Shown in pieces: positions 52,106 through 62,398 of a stretch of DNA of 64,000 nucleotides (its first letter is position 1; each line of letters opens with the position of its first letter). The stretch is taken from the NCBI GenBank assembly GCA_963773045.1, contig CAVYZT010000003.1:130486-194485 (forward strand), read 5' to 3'. Under the pieces are notes generated by a model. It ran no database searches. It had not been told where the DNA came from and saw only the letters and a program-made list of their open reading frames with translations. The position numbers and the translations under genes were made by a program. This DNA comes from an uncultured Acidobacteriota bacterium (GTDB taxonomy: Bacteria > Acidobacteriota > Vicinamibacteria > Vicinamibacterales > UBA2999).

Positions 52106-54586
52106 GTGGCCGACTATCACCCGCAAGAACTCGATAAGAAATGGCAGGCGCACTGGGCGCGCACGCGCGCGTTCGAGGTCACCGAGGACCGATCGAAGCC
52201 GAAGTTCTATTGCCTCGAGATGTTCGCGTATCCGTCCGGGCACGCGCATGTCGGGCACGTCCGCAACTACATCATCGGCGACGTCGTCGCGCGGCTGAAG
52301 CGGCTGCAGGGTTTCAACGTGCTGCATCCGTTTGGCTGGGACGCGTTTGGACTGCCGGCGGAGAACGCGGCGATCAAGAGCGGGATTCATCCCGAGACCT
52401 CGACGCTCGACAACATCGCGCACATGAAAGGGCAGTTGCAGCGGCTCGGGATCAGCTATGCGTGGGCCCGCGAGCTGGCCACCTGTCTCCCCGATTACTA
52501 CAAATGGAATCAGTGGCTGTTCATCCGCATGTTCGAGCGGGGGCTGGCGTACCGGCGGCGCTCGACCGTGAACTGGTGCCCGGTGGACCAGACCGTTCTG
52601 GCCAACGAGCAAGTGATCGACGGCGCGTGCTGGCGCTGTGGGACGACGGTCGAGCAGAAGGATCTCGAGCAATGGTTCTTCCGCATCACCGCCTACGCCG
52701 ACGATCTGCTGCAGGGCATCGACGGACTCGCGCAGTGGCCGGAAAAAGTCCTGACCATGCAGCGGAACTGGATCGGGCGATCGGAGGGCGCGCGCGTCCA
52801 CTTTCCGCTCGACGGCAGTTCGCAGACGATCGAAGTCTTCACGACTCGCATCGACACGATTTACGGCGCCACGTTCGTCATGCTGGCCCCGGAGCACCCG
52901 CTGGTGAATCAGTTTGCCGACGAAGCCGAAGACGGCCACACGATTCGCACGCAGGCGCAGCGGTTCCGCACCCAGGATCGGGCAGGCCGGGTCAGCGGGG
53001 AGGTCGAGAAGGAAGGCTTCTTCACCGGCCGATACGCGGTCAATCCGTTCAACGGGCAGCGCGTGCCGATTTGGGTGGCCAACTACGTCCTGGGCGAGTA
53101 CGGCACCGGCGCGGTGATGGCGGTGCCGGCGCACGACGAGCGCGACTTCGAGTTTGCGAAGAAGTACAACCTGCCGATCGTGCCCGTGGTTCGTCCGTCC
53201 GACGGTCCGACGCCAGACTCTCGCGACTTCAACCAGGCAGTGTCGAACGACGGTGTCCTGGTGAACTCGGGTGAGTTCGACGGGCTCGAGTCGGACCAGG
53301 CCCGGCGCCAGATCACGGCGGCGGCCGAGAGTCGTGGAATCGGCGAACGGGCGGTGCAGTTCAGGCTCAAGGATTGGGGCATCTCGCGTCAGCGGTACTG
53401 GGGGACGCCCATCCCGATGATCCACTGCCCGAACGATGGGGTGGTGCCGGTGCCCGACGAGCAACTACCGGTCACCCTGCCGAAGGTCGCGGAGTTCAGC
53501 GGCCGAGGTGATTCACCGCTGGCGAGCGTACCCGAGTTCGTGAACGTGGTGTGCCCGCTCTGCGGCGGGACGGCGCGCCGCGAGACCGACACGATGGACA
53601 CGTTCGTCGACTCGTCCTGGTATTTCTACCGCTTTGCCGATGCGCACAACGATCGGCTGCCGTTCGATCCGGCCAAGGTCGCCTACTGGTGTCCGGTCGA
53701 TTTCTACAGCGGCGGCGTCGAGCACGCCATCCTGCACCTGATCTACTCGCGGTTCTTCGCCCGCGTCTTCCACGACCTCGGCATGATTCAACACACCGAG
53801 CCGTTCACCCACGTGCTGACGCAAGGCATGGTGCTCAAAGACGGCGCGGTGATGTCCAAGTCCAAGGGCAACGTGGTCGATCCGGACACGATGACCGAGA
53901 AGTACGGCGCCGATGCGCTTCGGTTGTACGTGATGTTCGTGGCGCCTCCCGAAAAGGAAGTTGAGTGGACCGACACCGGCCTCGAGGGCAGCTTTCGCTT
54001 CCTGGCGCGCGTGTGGCGGGCGGCGGAGCACTGGCGCGAAGTCGGTGACAGCAGGCCGATCGACCAGGCCACGCTCACCGGCGACGAGCGCGCCCTGCGG
54101 CGCAAGACCCACGAGACCATTCACCGCGTCACCGTCGACCTCGACGTGCGTCAGCAGATGAACACGGCAGTGTCGGCGGTCCGTGAGCTGATCAACGAGC
54201 TCTACTTGTTCGCGGAGAAGGGCGAGCGTTCGGCGCAGGCGGAGCGCGTGGGGCGAGAGGCGGTTGAAGCGGCCATCATCATGCTGTCGCCGTTTGCTCC
54301 CCACACCATGGAAGAGCTGTGGCAGATGTACGGACATCAGGAGGGTCTGGCGGCCGCCACGTGGCCGGCCTACGATCCAGAAGTCGCCAAGGCCGAGCTT
54401 CTGGTGATTCCAGTGCAGGTGAACGGGAAACTGCGCGGTCGAATTTCCGCCGCGCCTGGCTCCCCGGACGCCGAGCTCGAACGTCTGGCCCTTGCGGACG
54501 CCAACGTGCGGGCGCACACTGAGGACAAGACGATCCGGAAGGTTGTGATCGCAAAGGATCGGCTGGTCAGCATCGTTGTCGGTTGA
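52106..54586 (+). CDS. leuS: Leucine--tRNA ligase
   Basis: 826 aa, with [18 protein letters not shown] (HIGH region), the CP1 editing domain, and VMSKSKGN (KMSKS). Confidence 0.95.
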   Translation: MADYHPQELDKKWQAHWARTRAFEVTEDRSKPKFYCLEMFAYPSGHAHVGHVRNYIIGDVVARLKRLQGFNVLHPFGWDAFGLPAENAAIKSGIHPETSTLDNIAHMKGQLQRLGISYAWARELATCLPDYYKWNQWLFIRMFERGLAYRRRSTVNWCPVDQTVLANEQVIDGACWRCGTTVEQKDLEQWFFRITAYADDLLQGIDGLAQWPEKVLTMQRNWIGRSEGARVHFPLDGSSQTIEVFTTRIDTIYGATFVMLAPEHPLVNQFADEAEDGHTIRTQAQRFRTQDRAGRVSGEVEKEGFFTGRYAVNPFNGQRVPIWVANYVLGEYGTGAVMAVPAHDERDFEFAKKYNLPIVPVVRPSDGPTPDSRDFNQAVSNDGVLVNSGEFDGLESDQARRQITAAAESRGIGERAVQFRLKDWGISRQRYWGTPIPMIHCPNDGVVPVPDEQLPVTLPKVAEFSGRGDSPLASVPEFVNVVCPLCGGTARRETDTMDTFVDSSWYFYRFADAHNDRLPFDPAKVAYWCPVDFYSGGVEHAILHLIYSRFFARVFHDLGMIQHTEPFTHVLTQGMVLKDGAVMSKSKGNVVDPDTMTEKYGADALRLYVMFVAPPEKEVEWTDTGLEGSFRFLARVWRAAEHWREVGDSRPIDQATLTGDERALRRKTHETIHRVTVDLDVRQQMNTAVSAVRELINELYLFAEKGERSAQAERVGREAVEAAIIMLSPFAPHTMEELWQMYGHQEGLAAATWPAYDPEVAKAELLVIPVQVNGKLRGRISAAPGSPDAELERLALADANVRAHTEDKTIRKVVIAKDRLVSIVVG

Positions 54587-54602
54587 AGAAGCACAAAGGG
54601 CG

Positions 54603-55202
54603 ATGAAGAAGGCGATGAAGAACGAAGACCGGGGAGCGAAGAAGGAGAGTGTCGGGCTGACACGACGACAGGCGTTGAGAGCGCTTCCGGTGGTGGCGTT
54701 CGGCGTCGGGGCGGGATCGTGCGGCTACGCGCTGTCCGGGCGCGGATCGTTCCTGCCGTCGTACATCAAGATCCTTGGGATCCCGATGTTCACGAATGCG
54801 ACGCCCTATCAGGCCGTCGAGCAGCTGTTTACGCAGCAGGTCCGGGTCCACTTTCAGAGCAGCGGACGCTACACCATCGTCCCGACGGACGTTGGCGCCG
54901 ACGGCATCGTGCGCGGGGAGATTCTCTCGATCCAGGCGACGCCGGCGGGCCTCAGCGACGCGCAGCTGGCCTCGCGCTATCGGTTCACGGTCATCGTCAA
55001 GGTGAAATTCGAGGACGTCAAGCAGGGAAAGACGCTGTGGGAGAACCCGGCGCTTTCGTTCTCGGATGAGTACGAGTTGACCACTCCCGGCAGCGCCGGT
55101 CGTGATGCCTCGGCGTTCATGGGACAGGAGCGAGCCGCGCTCGACCGCATGTCGCAGGATTTCGCCCGCTCGGTCGTGAGCGCCATCCTGGAGGCCTTCT
55201 GA
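54603..55202 (+). CDS. lptE: LPS-assembly lipoprotein LptE-like
   Basis: RRQALRALPVVAFGVGAGSCGY (Tat-like signal plus lipobox). The leuS-lptE-holA order matches E. coli. The start codon is uncertain; the N-terminal codons lie in a GATGAAGAA-type repeated stretch (54587-54650). Confidence 0.65.
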   Translation: MKKAMKNEDRGAKKESVGLTRRQALRALPVVAFGVGAGSCGYALSGRGSFLPSYIKILGIPMFTNATPYQAVEQLFTQQVRVHFQSSGRYTIVPTDVGADGIVRGEILSIQATPAGLSDAQLASRYRFTVIVKVKFEDVKQGKTLWENPALSFSDEYELTTPGSAGRDASAFMGQERAALDRMSQDFARSVVSAILEAF

Positions 55203-55206
55203 CGCG

Positions 55207-55290
55207 CGAGATCAGGAGTAGTAGCAGGAGGTCAAGAGATCACGAGAGTTGGCTTTCTCCTGACCTTCCAATCTCCTGTTTGACCCTCTT
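55207..55290. repeat. Direct and inverted copies of CAGGAG / CTCCTG words in the lptE-holA spacer
   Basis: gatcaggag tagtagcaggag gtcaagagatcacgagag ... ttctcctgacc ... atctcctgtttgaccctctt. It shares the 13-mer gagatcaggagta with 48908-48920. Confidence 0.55.
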
Positions 55291-55350
55291 AGCCTCGCTC
55301 CGAACGGGACTGCGGATGTCGCAGATCCCACGACCGGGTTCCTGAACTCA

Positions 55351-56337
55351 GTGGCCACACCGACCGACGTCCGCAAGCAGATCAAATCCGGCGATACCCG
55401 GCCGCTTTACCTCGTCGAGGGCGGAGACGTGCAGTCGCGCAACGATCTCGCCCAGGAATTCCTTGCCGTGGTCGAGGAGGGGTTGCAAGCCTTCAACGTC
55501 GAGATCCTCCACGCCGCCGATGCATCGAGTGCAAGCGCGCGTGAGGAACTGATCAACGGGCTGCTGGCCGCGGCACGCACGCTGCCGATGATGTCGCCAA
55601 GGCGCGTCATCCTAATCCACGATGCGGAGCGGCTGCTCTCGCCAAAGCGGGGGCAGAACGAAGAGGAAGCGCCGGTGGCCGCGTCGCCCGCCGGCAAGCG
55701 GAAGCGCGCGTTGACGCCGCTGGAGGCACTGGAAGCCTATTTCGAGTCGCCTGAGCCGATGACCACCGTTGTCTTCGCGGCGGGTCAAATGGATGCGAAT
55801 CGCCGCCTGGTGAAGCTCCTGCGGCAGCACAGCGTGGTTGTGGATTCCGGGTCGCTGGCCTCGGCGGCTGACGCGGCTCGGTGGATCAAGGCTCGGCTCG
55901 AGAAGGATGAGATGGGGATGGAGCAGAAGGCGATGTCGCTTCTGCTCGAAGCGACTGGCCTGGATCTGGGCAGCATCCGGTCGGAGGTCGAGAAGCTGGT
56001 TCTCTATGCGTCAGGCGAGACCTCGATTACCAGCAACCACGTGCGCGACGTCGTCATTCCGCAGGAGGAGCCAGGCGAAGGCTTTGTGATGGGCGAGGCG
56101 TTCAGGGCCGCCGATGCTCGATTGGCCCTGAAGGAGGTTGGCGCCCAGCTCGATGCCGGCATCCAGCCACCGCAGGTCCTCGGTCAGATTCGTGCGGCGA
56201 GTCACTGGCTGCGGCCCGAGTCGAGACTGAAACCCGCATTGGCCGCGATCTTTCAGACCGACCTCGCAATCAAGTCGTCAGCCGGCACTCCGCGGCATCT
56301 GCTCGAGCGTCTGGTGATCGAGCTCTGCGCGCGGTAG
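55351..56337 (+). CDS. holA: DNA polymerase III delta subunit
   Basis: 328 aa, with RPLYLVEGGDV...VILIHDAERL... typical delta-subunit architecture. Synteny after lptE supports the call. Confidence 0.8.
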   Translation: MATPTDVRKQIKSGDTRPLYLVEGGDVQSRNDLAQEFLAVVEEGLQAFNVEILHAADASSASAREELINGLLAAARTLPMMSPRRVILIHDAERLLSPKRGQNEEEAPVAASPAGKRKRALTPLEALEAYFESPEPMTTVVFAAGQMDANRRLVKLLRQHSVVVDSGSLASAADAARWIKARLEKDEMGMEQKAMSLLLEATGLDLGSIRSEVEKLVLYASGETSITSNHVRDVVIPQEEPGEGFVMGEAFRAADARLALKEVGAQLDAGIQPPQVLGQIRAASHWLRPESRLKPALAAIFQTDLAIKSSAGTPRHLLERLVIELCAR

Positions 56338-56357
56338 AGGTGGTATCTGCGAGTCTT

Positions 56358-56461
56358 CCCGCCTTCACGCGGAGCGCTTCCGCCTTCGCAGATGCTTCGG
56401 CGGACGGCCGTAGCTTTGGCGGAGGCTGGTCGGCGGACCGCCGTAGGCCTATGGCGGAGGC
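56358..56461. repeat. GC-rich repeated words, including a ~30-nt direct repeat (56397-56426 and 56430-56461) and CCGCCTTC x2
   Basis: tcggcggacggccgtagctttggcggaggc versus tcggcggaccgccgtaggcctatggcggaggc, read directly. Confidence 0.6.
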
Positions 56462-56521
56462 CGGTTGGACTCGCCTTCGAGGGCCATCAGATTCCCTTTT
56501 AGGCAGGTCTGGAGACCGGCG

Positions 56522-56779
56522 CTACTCGGTACGGAGGATCTCGACCGGGTCTGCGTTGGCCGCCCGCCGGGCGGGCAGGTAGCACGCGACGGCCGAGATC
56601 GCGAACATCAGCACCGCGGCTCCGCCAATCGCGATCGGATCGGTGGGCACGACGCTGAACAGAAACCGGGTGAGCAGGCGCGCGCCGCCCAACGCTCCCA
56701 CCAGACCGGCCGTGAGGCCAACCGTAGACACGGCCAGCCCGCGTGCGACCACGAGCGCCGAGGGGTCGGTATGGCTCAA
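56522..56779 (-). pseudogene. Remnant of the C-terminal end of an FtsX-family (MacB-like) ABC transporter permease
   Basis: The 85-aa ORF ends ...LLTRFLFSVVPTDPIAIGGAAVLMFAISAVACYLPARRAANADPVEILRTE, the conserved last TM span and tail of FtsX-domain permeases. No upstream permease body or ATPase gene is present. Confidence 0.6.
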
Positions 56780-56849
56780 AAGAGCGGGGTCGAATCCGGT
56801 CGTGCTAGACTTACAGTTTGCATTTTTCTCGGATCGAGGTCACAAGAGC

Positions 56850-57110
56850 GTGGCAAAGCGAAACAAGTCAGCACTGAAAGCCAACCGGCAGAACATCAAA
56901 CGGCGCGAGCACAATCGAGCTCTTCGGTCGAAGTTGCGGACCGGACTGAAGACGCTGCGTCAATCGGCCGCGGCCAAGGACGCCGGCGCCGCGCAGACAG
57001 CGATGACGGGGATGCAGTCGCTCGTGGACAAGATGGCGGCGAAGGGCATCATCCACAAGAACACCGCCTCCCGCCTCAAGTCGCGCCTGGCTGCCCGCGT
57101 CGCAAAGTAG
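56850..57110 (+). CDS. rpsT: 30S ribosomal protein S20
   Basis: The GTG start within ORF 56643..57110 gives VAKRNKSALKANRQNIKRREHNRALRSKLRT...KGIIHKNTASRLKSRL. Confidence 0.9.
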   Translation: MAKRNKSALKANRQNIKRREHNRALRSKLRTGLKTLRQSAAAKDAGAAQTAMTGMQSLVDKMAAKGIIHKNTASRLKSRLAARVAK

Positions 57111-57134
57111 TTACGTTCGACGCCGGGATCGCGG

Positions 57135-57186
57135 GGCACCCGGCACCAACCCCTTGACACTTCTGGCACCAGGCACCCCTGGCGCC
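57135..57186. repeat. Cluster of GGCACC words (reverse complement of GGTGCC) between convergent rpsT and the transglycosylase gene
   Basis: ggcacc at 57135, 57142, 57165 and 57172, and ggcgcc at 57181, read directly. Confidence 0.6.
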
Positions 57187-57890
57187 TAATTTCTGCCGAC
57201 GACGGTATAGGCACCCGAAGCAGGGCGCTTGTTCGAATAGCGGTGAACCGGCTGGCCATTGACCAGATCGACCCATGTGTAGATGACTCTGGGCGGGGGC
57301 GGTGGCGCAGCCTGTGCGCTGGTGGCGCTCGCGATCTTCCTCACATATCGCCGCGTCTCGGGGAAGGGCGGCACGTCGCCGTACTTCTCGACACTTCCGG
57401 GACCAGCGTTGTACGCGGCCAACGCCAGCTCGACGTTGTCGTCATACCGATCGAGCAGGCTCTTGAGGTAGCGCACCCCAGCGGTGATGTTCTGCTCCGG
57501 GTGAAACGGATCGCTCACGCCGTATTCGCGCGCGGTGGCGGGCATGAGTTGCATCAGACCCATCGCGCCTTTCGACGAGACGGCAATCGGATTGAACGCC
57601 GACTCGGCTTGAATCACGGCGCGGACGAGATCTGCAGACACACCCTGCCGCGCCGCTTGATCTTCGATGGTGTCGTTGAAGCGGCCGCCCCCCGGAGCCG
57701 GACGTGACGACCGCACGACCGACGTTCCGGGCACCTCGTACGTCGTCATCGCACCGTTGTCCGAACGAGGCTTGTTGGAAACGACGAGCGTTCCGTTCGT
57801 GTCGCGCCACGAGTAAATCTGCGCAGCGGCAGGACCCGGAATCGCACAAAGGAGTAGAGCGACCACCGGGACCGTGCGAAGAGTCACCAC
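57186..57890 (-). CDS. Lytic transglycosylase (SLT domain) with DUF4124-like segments at both ends
   Basis: Signal peptide, IYSWRDTNGTLVVSNKP, the SLT core AESAFNPIAVSSKGAMGLMQLMPATA...AYNAGPG, and C-terminal VIYTWVDLVNGQPVHRYSNKRP. Confidence 0.85.
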   Translation of the reverse strand: MVTLRTVPVVALLLCAIPGPAAAQIYSWRDTNGTLVVSNKPRSDNGAMTTYEVPGTSVVRSSRPAPGGGRFNDTIEDQAARQGVSADLVRAVIQAESAFNPIAVSSKGAMGLMQLMPATAREYGVSDPFHPEQNITAGVRYLKSLLDRYDDNVELALAAYNAGPGSVEKYGDVPPFPETRRYVRKIASATSAQAAPPPPPRVIYTWVDLVNGQPVHRYSNKRPASGAYTVVGRN

Positions 57891-57940
57891 GCACTGGGGG
57901 TATCGGCACCAGGGTGGCCTCGCTCCATGTGAAAAACTGT

Positions 57941-60638
57941 TCAGCTCAACAGCTTTTCCACGAGACTTCGCGCTTCGGTCAGCAGTTGCGGGATTTTGGA
58001 CGCGTCCTTGCCGCCGGCTTCGGCGAAGTCGGGCCGGCCGCCGCCACCGCCGCCGACGATGGGCGCGAGCTGCTTGACCAGTTGACCCGCCTGCGCCTTC
58101 TTGGTCAGGTCTGGCGTCACCGACGCGATGATCACCACCTTGCCGTCGCTCATCGGCGCCGCCAGAACGATGACGCCGCTCTTCATGCGCGACTTCAGCG
58201 TGTCGGCCAGTGCCCGCAGCGACTCTTTGTCCACGTCGTCCACTCGCCGGGCGATCAGCGTCGACCCGTTGAGCTGGATGTGATCGCTGTCGGCTGACGC
58301 GCCACCGCCGCCGCCAAGGGCGAGCTTGGTCTTGAGTTGCTGAATCTCTTTCTGGGCCTTGCTCGACAATGCCTGCTGCGCCCGGATCCAGGTCGTCAGC
58401 TCGCCGCTCTTGGCGCCACTTTCGGCGATCGCCCCGCTCACATCGTCCAGCGCTTTCCTGGCGAGGGCGAGCGCACCGAGTCCGGTGAGCGCTTCGATTC
58501 GGCGAACTCCGGCGGCGACTCCGGATTCCTCGGTGATCAGGACCGCGCCGATATCACCTGTCGCCTTCACGTGCGTTCCACCGCACAGCTCGGTACTGAA
58601 ACGGCCATCGCCGATCGACACGACGCGCACGCGATCGCCGTATTTCTCGCCGAAGAGGGCCATCGCGCCGGCCGCGATCGCTTCCTGAGTATCGCGAATC
58701 GCGGTCACGACCGGTTCGTTCTTGAGCACGCCCTCGTTGACGATGCGCTCGACCTCCGCCCGTTGCTCGCGAGTAAGTGGCGAGAAGTGGACGAAGTCGA
58801 ACCGCAGCCGGTCGGGTGCCACCAGCGAGCCGGACTGCTTGACGTGCGAGCCGAGGGCCGATCGCAGCGCCGCATGCAACAAGTGAGTGGCCGTGTGGTT
58901 GCGCCGGGTCGCATCGCGGAGCGACACATTTACTTTCGCGGTCACGAGGTCGCGAACCGTGAGCTCGCCGTCGACCTTCTCTACCCGGTGAGCGCGCGGG
59001 AGGCCGGGACCAAGTCGAACGACGCCGGTCACGCTCGAGCGTCCGCCTGCCGGATGCTCGATCCAACCCTGATCGGAGACCTGCCCACCCGCTTCGACAT
59101 AGAACGGCGTTCTGGCCAGCACCACGTATCCGCTCTTGCCGTTGCCGAGCTGCTTGACCGGTTGCTTCTGATCGTCGAAGAGCGCGAGGACGGGAACGCC
59201 CTGCACGGTGGTCTGGTCGTAGCCCTCGAACTTGTCTCCGACTTCCCGAAACGATTCCCGCTCGTCACCTGAGGCGAAGGTGAACTCCTCGCCCTTCTTG
59301 CTTTCAAACGCGCTTCCGGCGCGGGCCTTGACGCGCTGGCCCTCCATGGCCTCTTCGAACCCGCGGGCGTCGAAGAACAGACCCTGGGCGCTGGCCAGGT
59401 CCTCGATGAAGTCGCGCGGGATGCCAAAGGTGTCGTAGAGCTTGAACGCCTCGTCGCCCGGTACGGTCTTCGACCCCTTGGCCGCCCTGTCGAGCACGTC
59501 CTCGAGTCTCGGCAAGCCGTTGGTGAGTACTGCGTCGAAGCGCTCTTCTTCGCTTCGAACCACCCGGACGATCGATTCATGGCCGGCCTTCAGCTCGGGG
59601 TACGCGTCGCCCATTTCGGCGACGACGACATCGACCAGGGAAAAGAGAAACGGCCGCGCCAGCCCGAGCTTGCGGCCGTGCCGCATGGCCCGGCGCATGA
59701 TCTTGCGCAGGACATAGCCGCGCCACTCGTTCGAGGGAACGACGCCATCGGCGATCAGGAATGTCGCCGCGCGAACGTGGTCGGCCACCACCCGCATCGA
59801 GACGTCGGCGGGTGACATCGAGGCCGCGTAGGCATGGCCGGCCATCGAGCCGAGCGCCGAGAGAATGGGCATGAACAGCGGCGTGTCGTAGTTCGAGAGC
59901 GTGCCCTGCATCACCGCCGAGATGCGCTCGAGGCCCATGCCGGTGTCAATCGACGGCGCGGGCAGGGGCGTCAGCTTGCCGTCACCGTCCCGCTCGAACT
60001 CCATGAAGACGTTGTTCCAGATCTCCACGAAGCGCTCGCTGCCCGACTCGACATCCTTGATGAAGTCTCCGGTTCCGGGCACGCCAGAACCGCGGTCGTA
60101 ATAGATCTCCGAGCATCGTCCGCACGGCCCGGTGTCGCCCATCGCCCAGAAGTTGTCGGCCATGCCGAGCTCGCCGACGTGCGCCTCGGGGAGAAAAGCG
60201 CGCCAGCGCTTGTGGGCCTCATCGTCCCGCGGGATGCCTTGCTCGCCGTTGAAGACGGTGGCGTAGAGCTTGGAGGGATCGAGTCCCCATTCTTTGGTCA
60301 GCAGCGTCCAGGCCAACTCGATCGCGTCCTGCTTGAAGTAGTCGCCGAACGAAAAGTTCCCGAGCATTTCGAAGAACGTGTGGTGCCTCAGCGACGGCCC
60401 GACGTTCTCGAGATCGTTGTGCTTGCCGCTGACGCGCATGCATTTCTGAGACGAGGCCGCGCGCGAGTACGGGCGCTTCTCGCGGCCCAGGAACACATCC
60501 TTGAACTGATTCATTCCCGCGTTGGTGAACAGCAGCGTGGGATCGTCGCCAGGCAGCAGCGGCGAGCTGCGGACCACACGATGGCCGTGCTTCTCGAAGG
60601 TACTGCAGGAAAGATGAGCGTATCTGCCCGGGGTGCAT
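57941..60638 (-). CDS. alaS: Alanine--tRNA ligase, with an apparent 1-nt insertion (frameshift) after codon 13, near 60599-60600
   Basis: ORF 57941..60577 covers AlaS from ...[27 protein letters not shown] onward. The true N-terminus MHPGQIRSSFLQY lies in another frame (ORF 60219..60638). Deleting one c from cag tac c ttc gag restores [15 protein letters not shown]. Confidence 0.9.
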
Positions 60639-60691
60639 CTCAGTATCTTAACCGGCCGAGTGGTGGCTGGCCGGTTCGAGTCGACAGCTCA

Positions 60692-60715
60692 ATCGGTCGA
60701 TCGGTCGATCCGGCA
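60692..60715. repeat. Octamer repeat atcggtcg atcggtcg atccggca in the recX-alaS spacer
   Basis: Read directly. It is preceded by an 8-bp stem, aaccggcc-N11-ggccggtt (60650-60676). Confidence 0.55.
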
Positions 60716-60742
60716 GCGGGTCAGCGAGGGTCGAGAGTGCCG

Positions 60743-61189
60743 TTACGGCCTCAGACGCTTCAAGATGTCACCCGTTCGAAAGCCCTGCGCCATCAGTCCA
60801 CGAACGATCCGGGCGCGGGCCCGTTCGTCGAGTTGATCGACACTGGCACCCTTCAGCCGCCGCTCGAGCGCGCTATCGAGTAGCGCCTGTTCGTCGACTT
60901 CGCCGAAGACCTCGTCAACGGCCGCCTCGGCAATGGACTCTGCGATTCCGATCTCGCGAACCTTCTGCAGCACCCTCACCCGGCCGCGATGCCGAACAGC
61001 GCTTTCGCGCCGCGCGACGGCGACGGCGACGCGCCGATCGTTGACGGTGCCGTCCTCTCGGAGCCGCTTCAGTGCCTCGTCGATGTCATCCGAATCGCAC
61101 TTCCGTCGGGCCAGGCGCTCCCGCAGCTGATACTCAGAAAGTTCTCGCCCCGAAAGCAGGGTTAGCGCGATCTGAAACGCACTCGCCAT
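60743..61189 (-). CDS. recX: Recombination regulator RecX
   Basis: 148 aa, with LLSGRELSEYQLRERLARR...VNDRRVAVAVAR... helical repeats. It is adjacent to alaS as in many bacteria. Confidence 0.85.
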   Translation of the reverse strand: MASAFQIALTLLSGRELSEYQLRERLARRKCDSDDIDEALKRLREDGTVNDRRVAVAVARRESAVRHRGRVRVLQKVREIGIAESIAEAAVDEVFGEVDEQALLDSALERRLKGASVDQLDERARARIVRGLMAQGFRTGDILKRLRP

Positions 61190-61258
61190 GGCACCCCTGG
61201 CAGCCTCGCACCCGAAACCTTGGGCACCTTAGGCACTGTAGGCAATGTAGGCTCCATG
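61190..61258. repeat. Nonamer array of GGCACC-type words (ggcacccct ggcagcctc gcacccgaa ... ggcacctta ggcactgta ggcaatgta ggctccatg)
   Basis: Read directly. It is the reverse-complement orientation of the GGTGCC family at 17795 and 48148, and it begins at the base after the recX start codon. Confidence 0.75.
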
Positions 61259-61276
61259 GACTCTATTTGCCGAAGG

Positions 61277-62218
61277 TTATCGCACTCCCGCAGGGGAGCG
61301 GACCGGCGTGAGCCATGCGTGCGTGTCCGGCAGCGTGCCGTTGATGATCCCGAAAAAACGATCCTGAAGGGCCTTGGTCACCGGTCCTCGAGATCCGACG
61401 CCGACGGTGATCTTGTCGATCGAACGAATCGGCGTGACTTCGACGGCGGTGCCGCAGAAGAACGCCTCGTCGGCCATGTACAGGACTTCGCGAGGAATCG
61501 CGCACTCGCGCAGCTCGTACCCGAGGTCGCTGGCCATCGTGATCACGCAGTCTCGCGTGATGCCTTTGAGCACCGACGAATCCAGGGTCGGCGTGAAGAT
61601 CACGCCGTCCCGAACCAGGAACAGATTCTGGCCGCTGCCTTCGCTCACGAGGCCACGCTCGTCCAGGGCGATACCGTCACCGTAACCGTCGAGCGTCGCC
61701 TGCATCTTGATGAGCGCGGAGTTCGCATAGTTGCCGGTGGCCTTGGCCAGGCCCGGCATCGTGTTGGGGGCAATCCGTGTCCACGAGCTGACGCCGACGT
61801 CGATCCCCTTTTCGAGCGCATCGGAGCCCATCATCTGGTTCCATTCCCAGACGACGATCGCGACGTCCACCGGGTTGAGCATCGGGTTGAGCCCGAGCTG
61901 CTCGTAGCCGCGGTAGACGAGCGGGCGGATGTAGCAGCCCTTGAAGCGGTTGACGCGAACCGTCTCGACCACCGCGTCTGACAGTTCCTGCTGCGACCAG
62001 CGCGGCTCCATGCGATAGACGCGGCAGGAATCCATCATCCGTCGCATGTGCGGTTCGAGGCGGAAGACGTTCGTGCCGTGAGGTGAGTCGTACGCGCGAA
62101 TGCCCTCGAACACGCCTGTGCCGTAGTGCACGACGTGCGAAGCAATGTGAATGGTGGCGTCTTTCCACTCCACCATCGAACCGTTCATCCAAATCTTGCC
62201 GGTGCCAGCAAAAGCCAT
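61277..62218 (-). CDS. ilvE: Branched-chain amino acid aminotransferase
   Basis: IWMNGSMVEWKDATIHIASHVVHYGTGVFEGIRAY...GNYANSALIK...EVTPIRSID motifs. Confidence 0.9.
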   Translation of the reverse strand: MAFAGTGKIWMNGSMVEWKDATIHIASHVVHYGTGVFEGIRAYDSPHGTNVFRLEPHMRRMMDSCRVYRMEPRWSQQELSDAVVETVRVNRFKGCYIRPLVYRGYEQLGLNPMLNPVDVAIVVWEWNQMMGSDALEKGIDVGVSSWTRIAPNTMPGLAKATGNYANSALIKMQATLDGYGDGIALDERGLVSEGSGQNLFLVRDGVIFTPTLDSSVLKGITRDCVITMASDLGYELRECAIPREVLYMADEAFFCGTAVEVTPIRSIDKITVGVGSRGPVTKALQDRFFGIINGTLPDTHAWLTPVRSPAGVR

Positions 62219-62293
62219 GGCTGTGCTCTTTCTCGTGTGTGGTTAGGGTCAGGCCGCGTCTGCTGGTTCCAGGCTCTGCCGTTGCCTGAAAAC

Positions 62294-62320
62294 CATCTGC
62301 GTCATCTGCGTCATCTGTAG
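62294..62320. repeat. Three nonamers: catctgcgt catctgcgt catctgtag
   Basis: Read directly. It is the reverse complement of the gcagatgac words at 5533-5559. Confidence 0.7.
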
Positions 62321-62398
62321 CCCAGGCCGAGCACGATCGATGCATCGGCCAGTTGGGAAGCGACCGACGTGGTGGGAATTATCCCAAAAAAGGAAATG

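Noticed and set aside
60596-60602. Programmed ribosomal frameshift or recoding in alaS.
   Set aside because: There is no slippery heptamer, upstream SD-like stimulator or downstream structure of the kind seen in prfB or dnaX. A homopolymer indel error is the simpler explanation.
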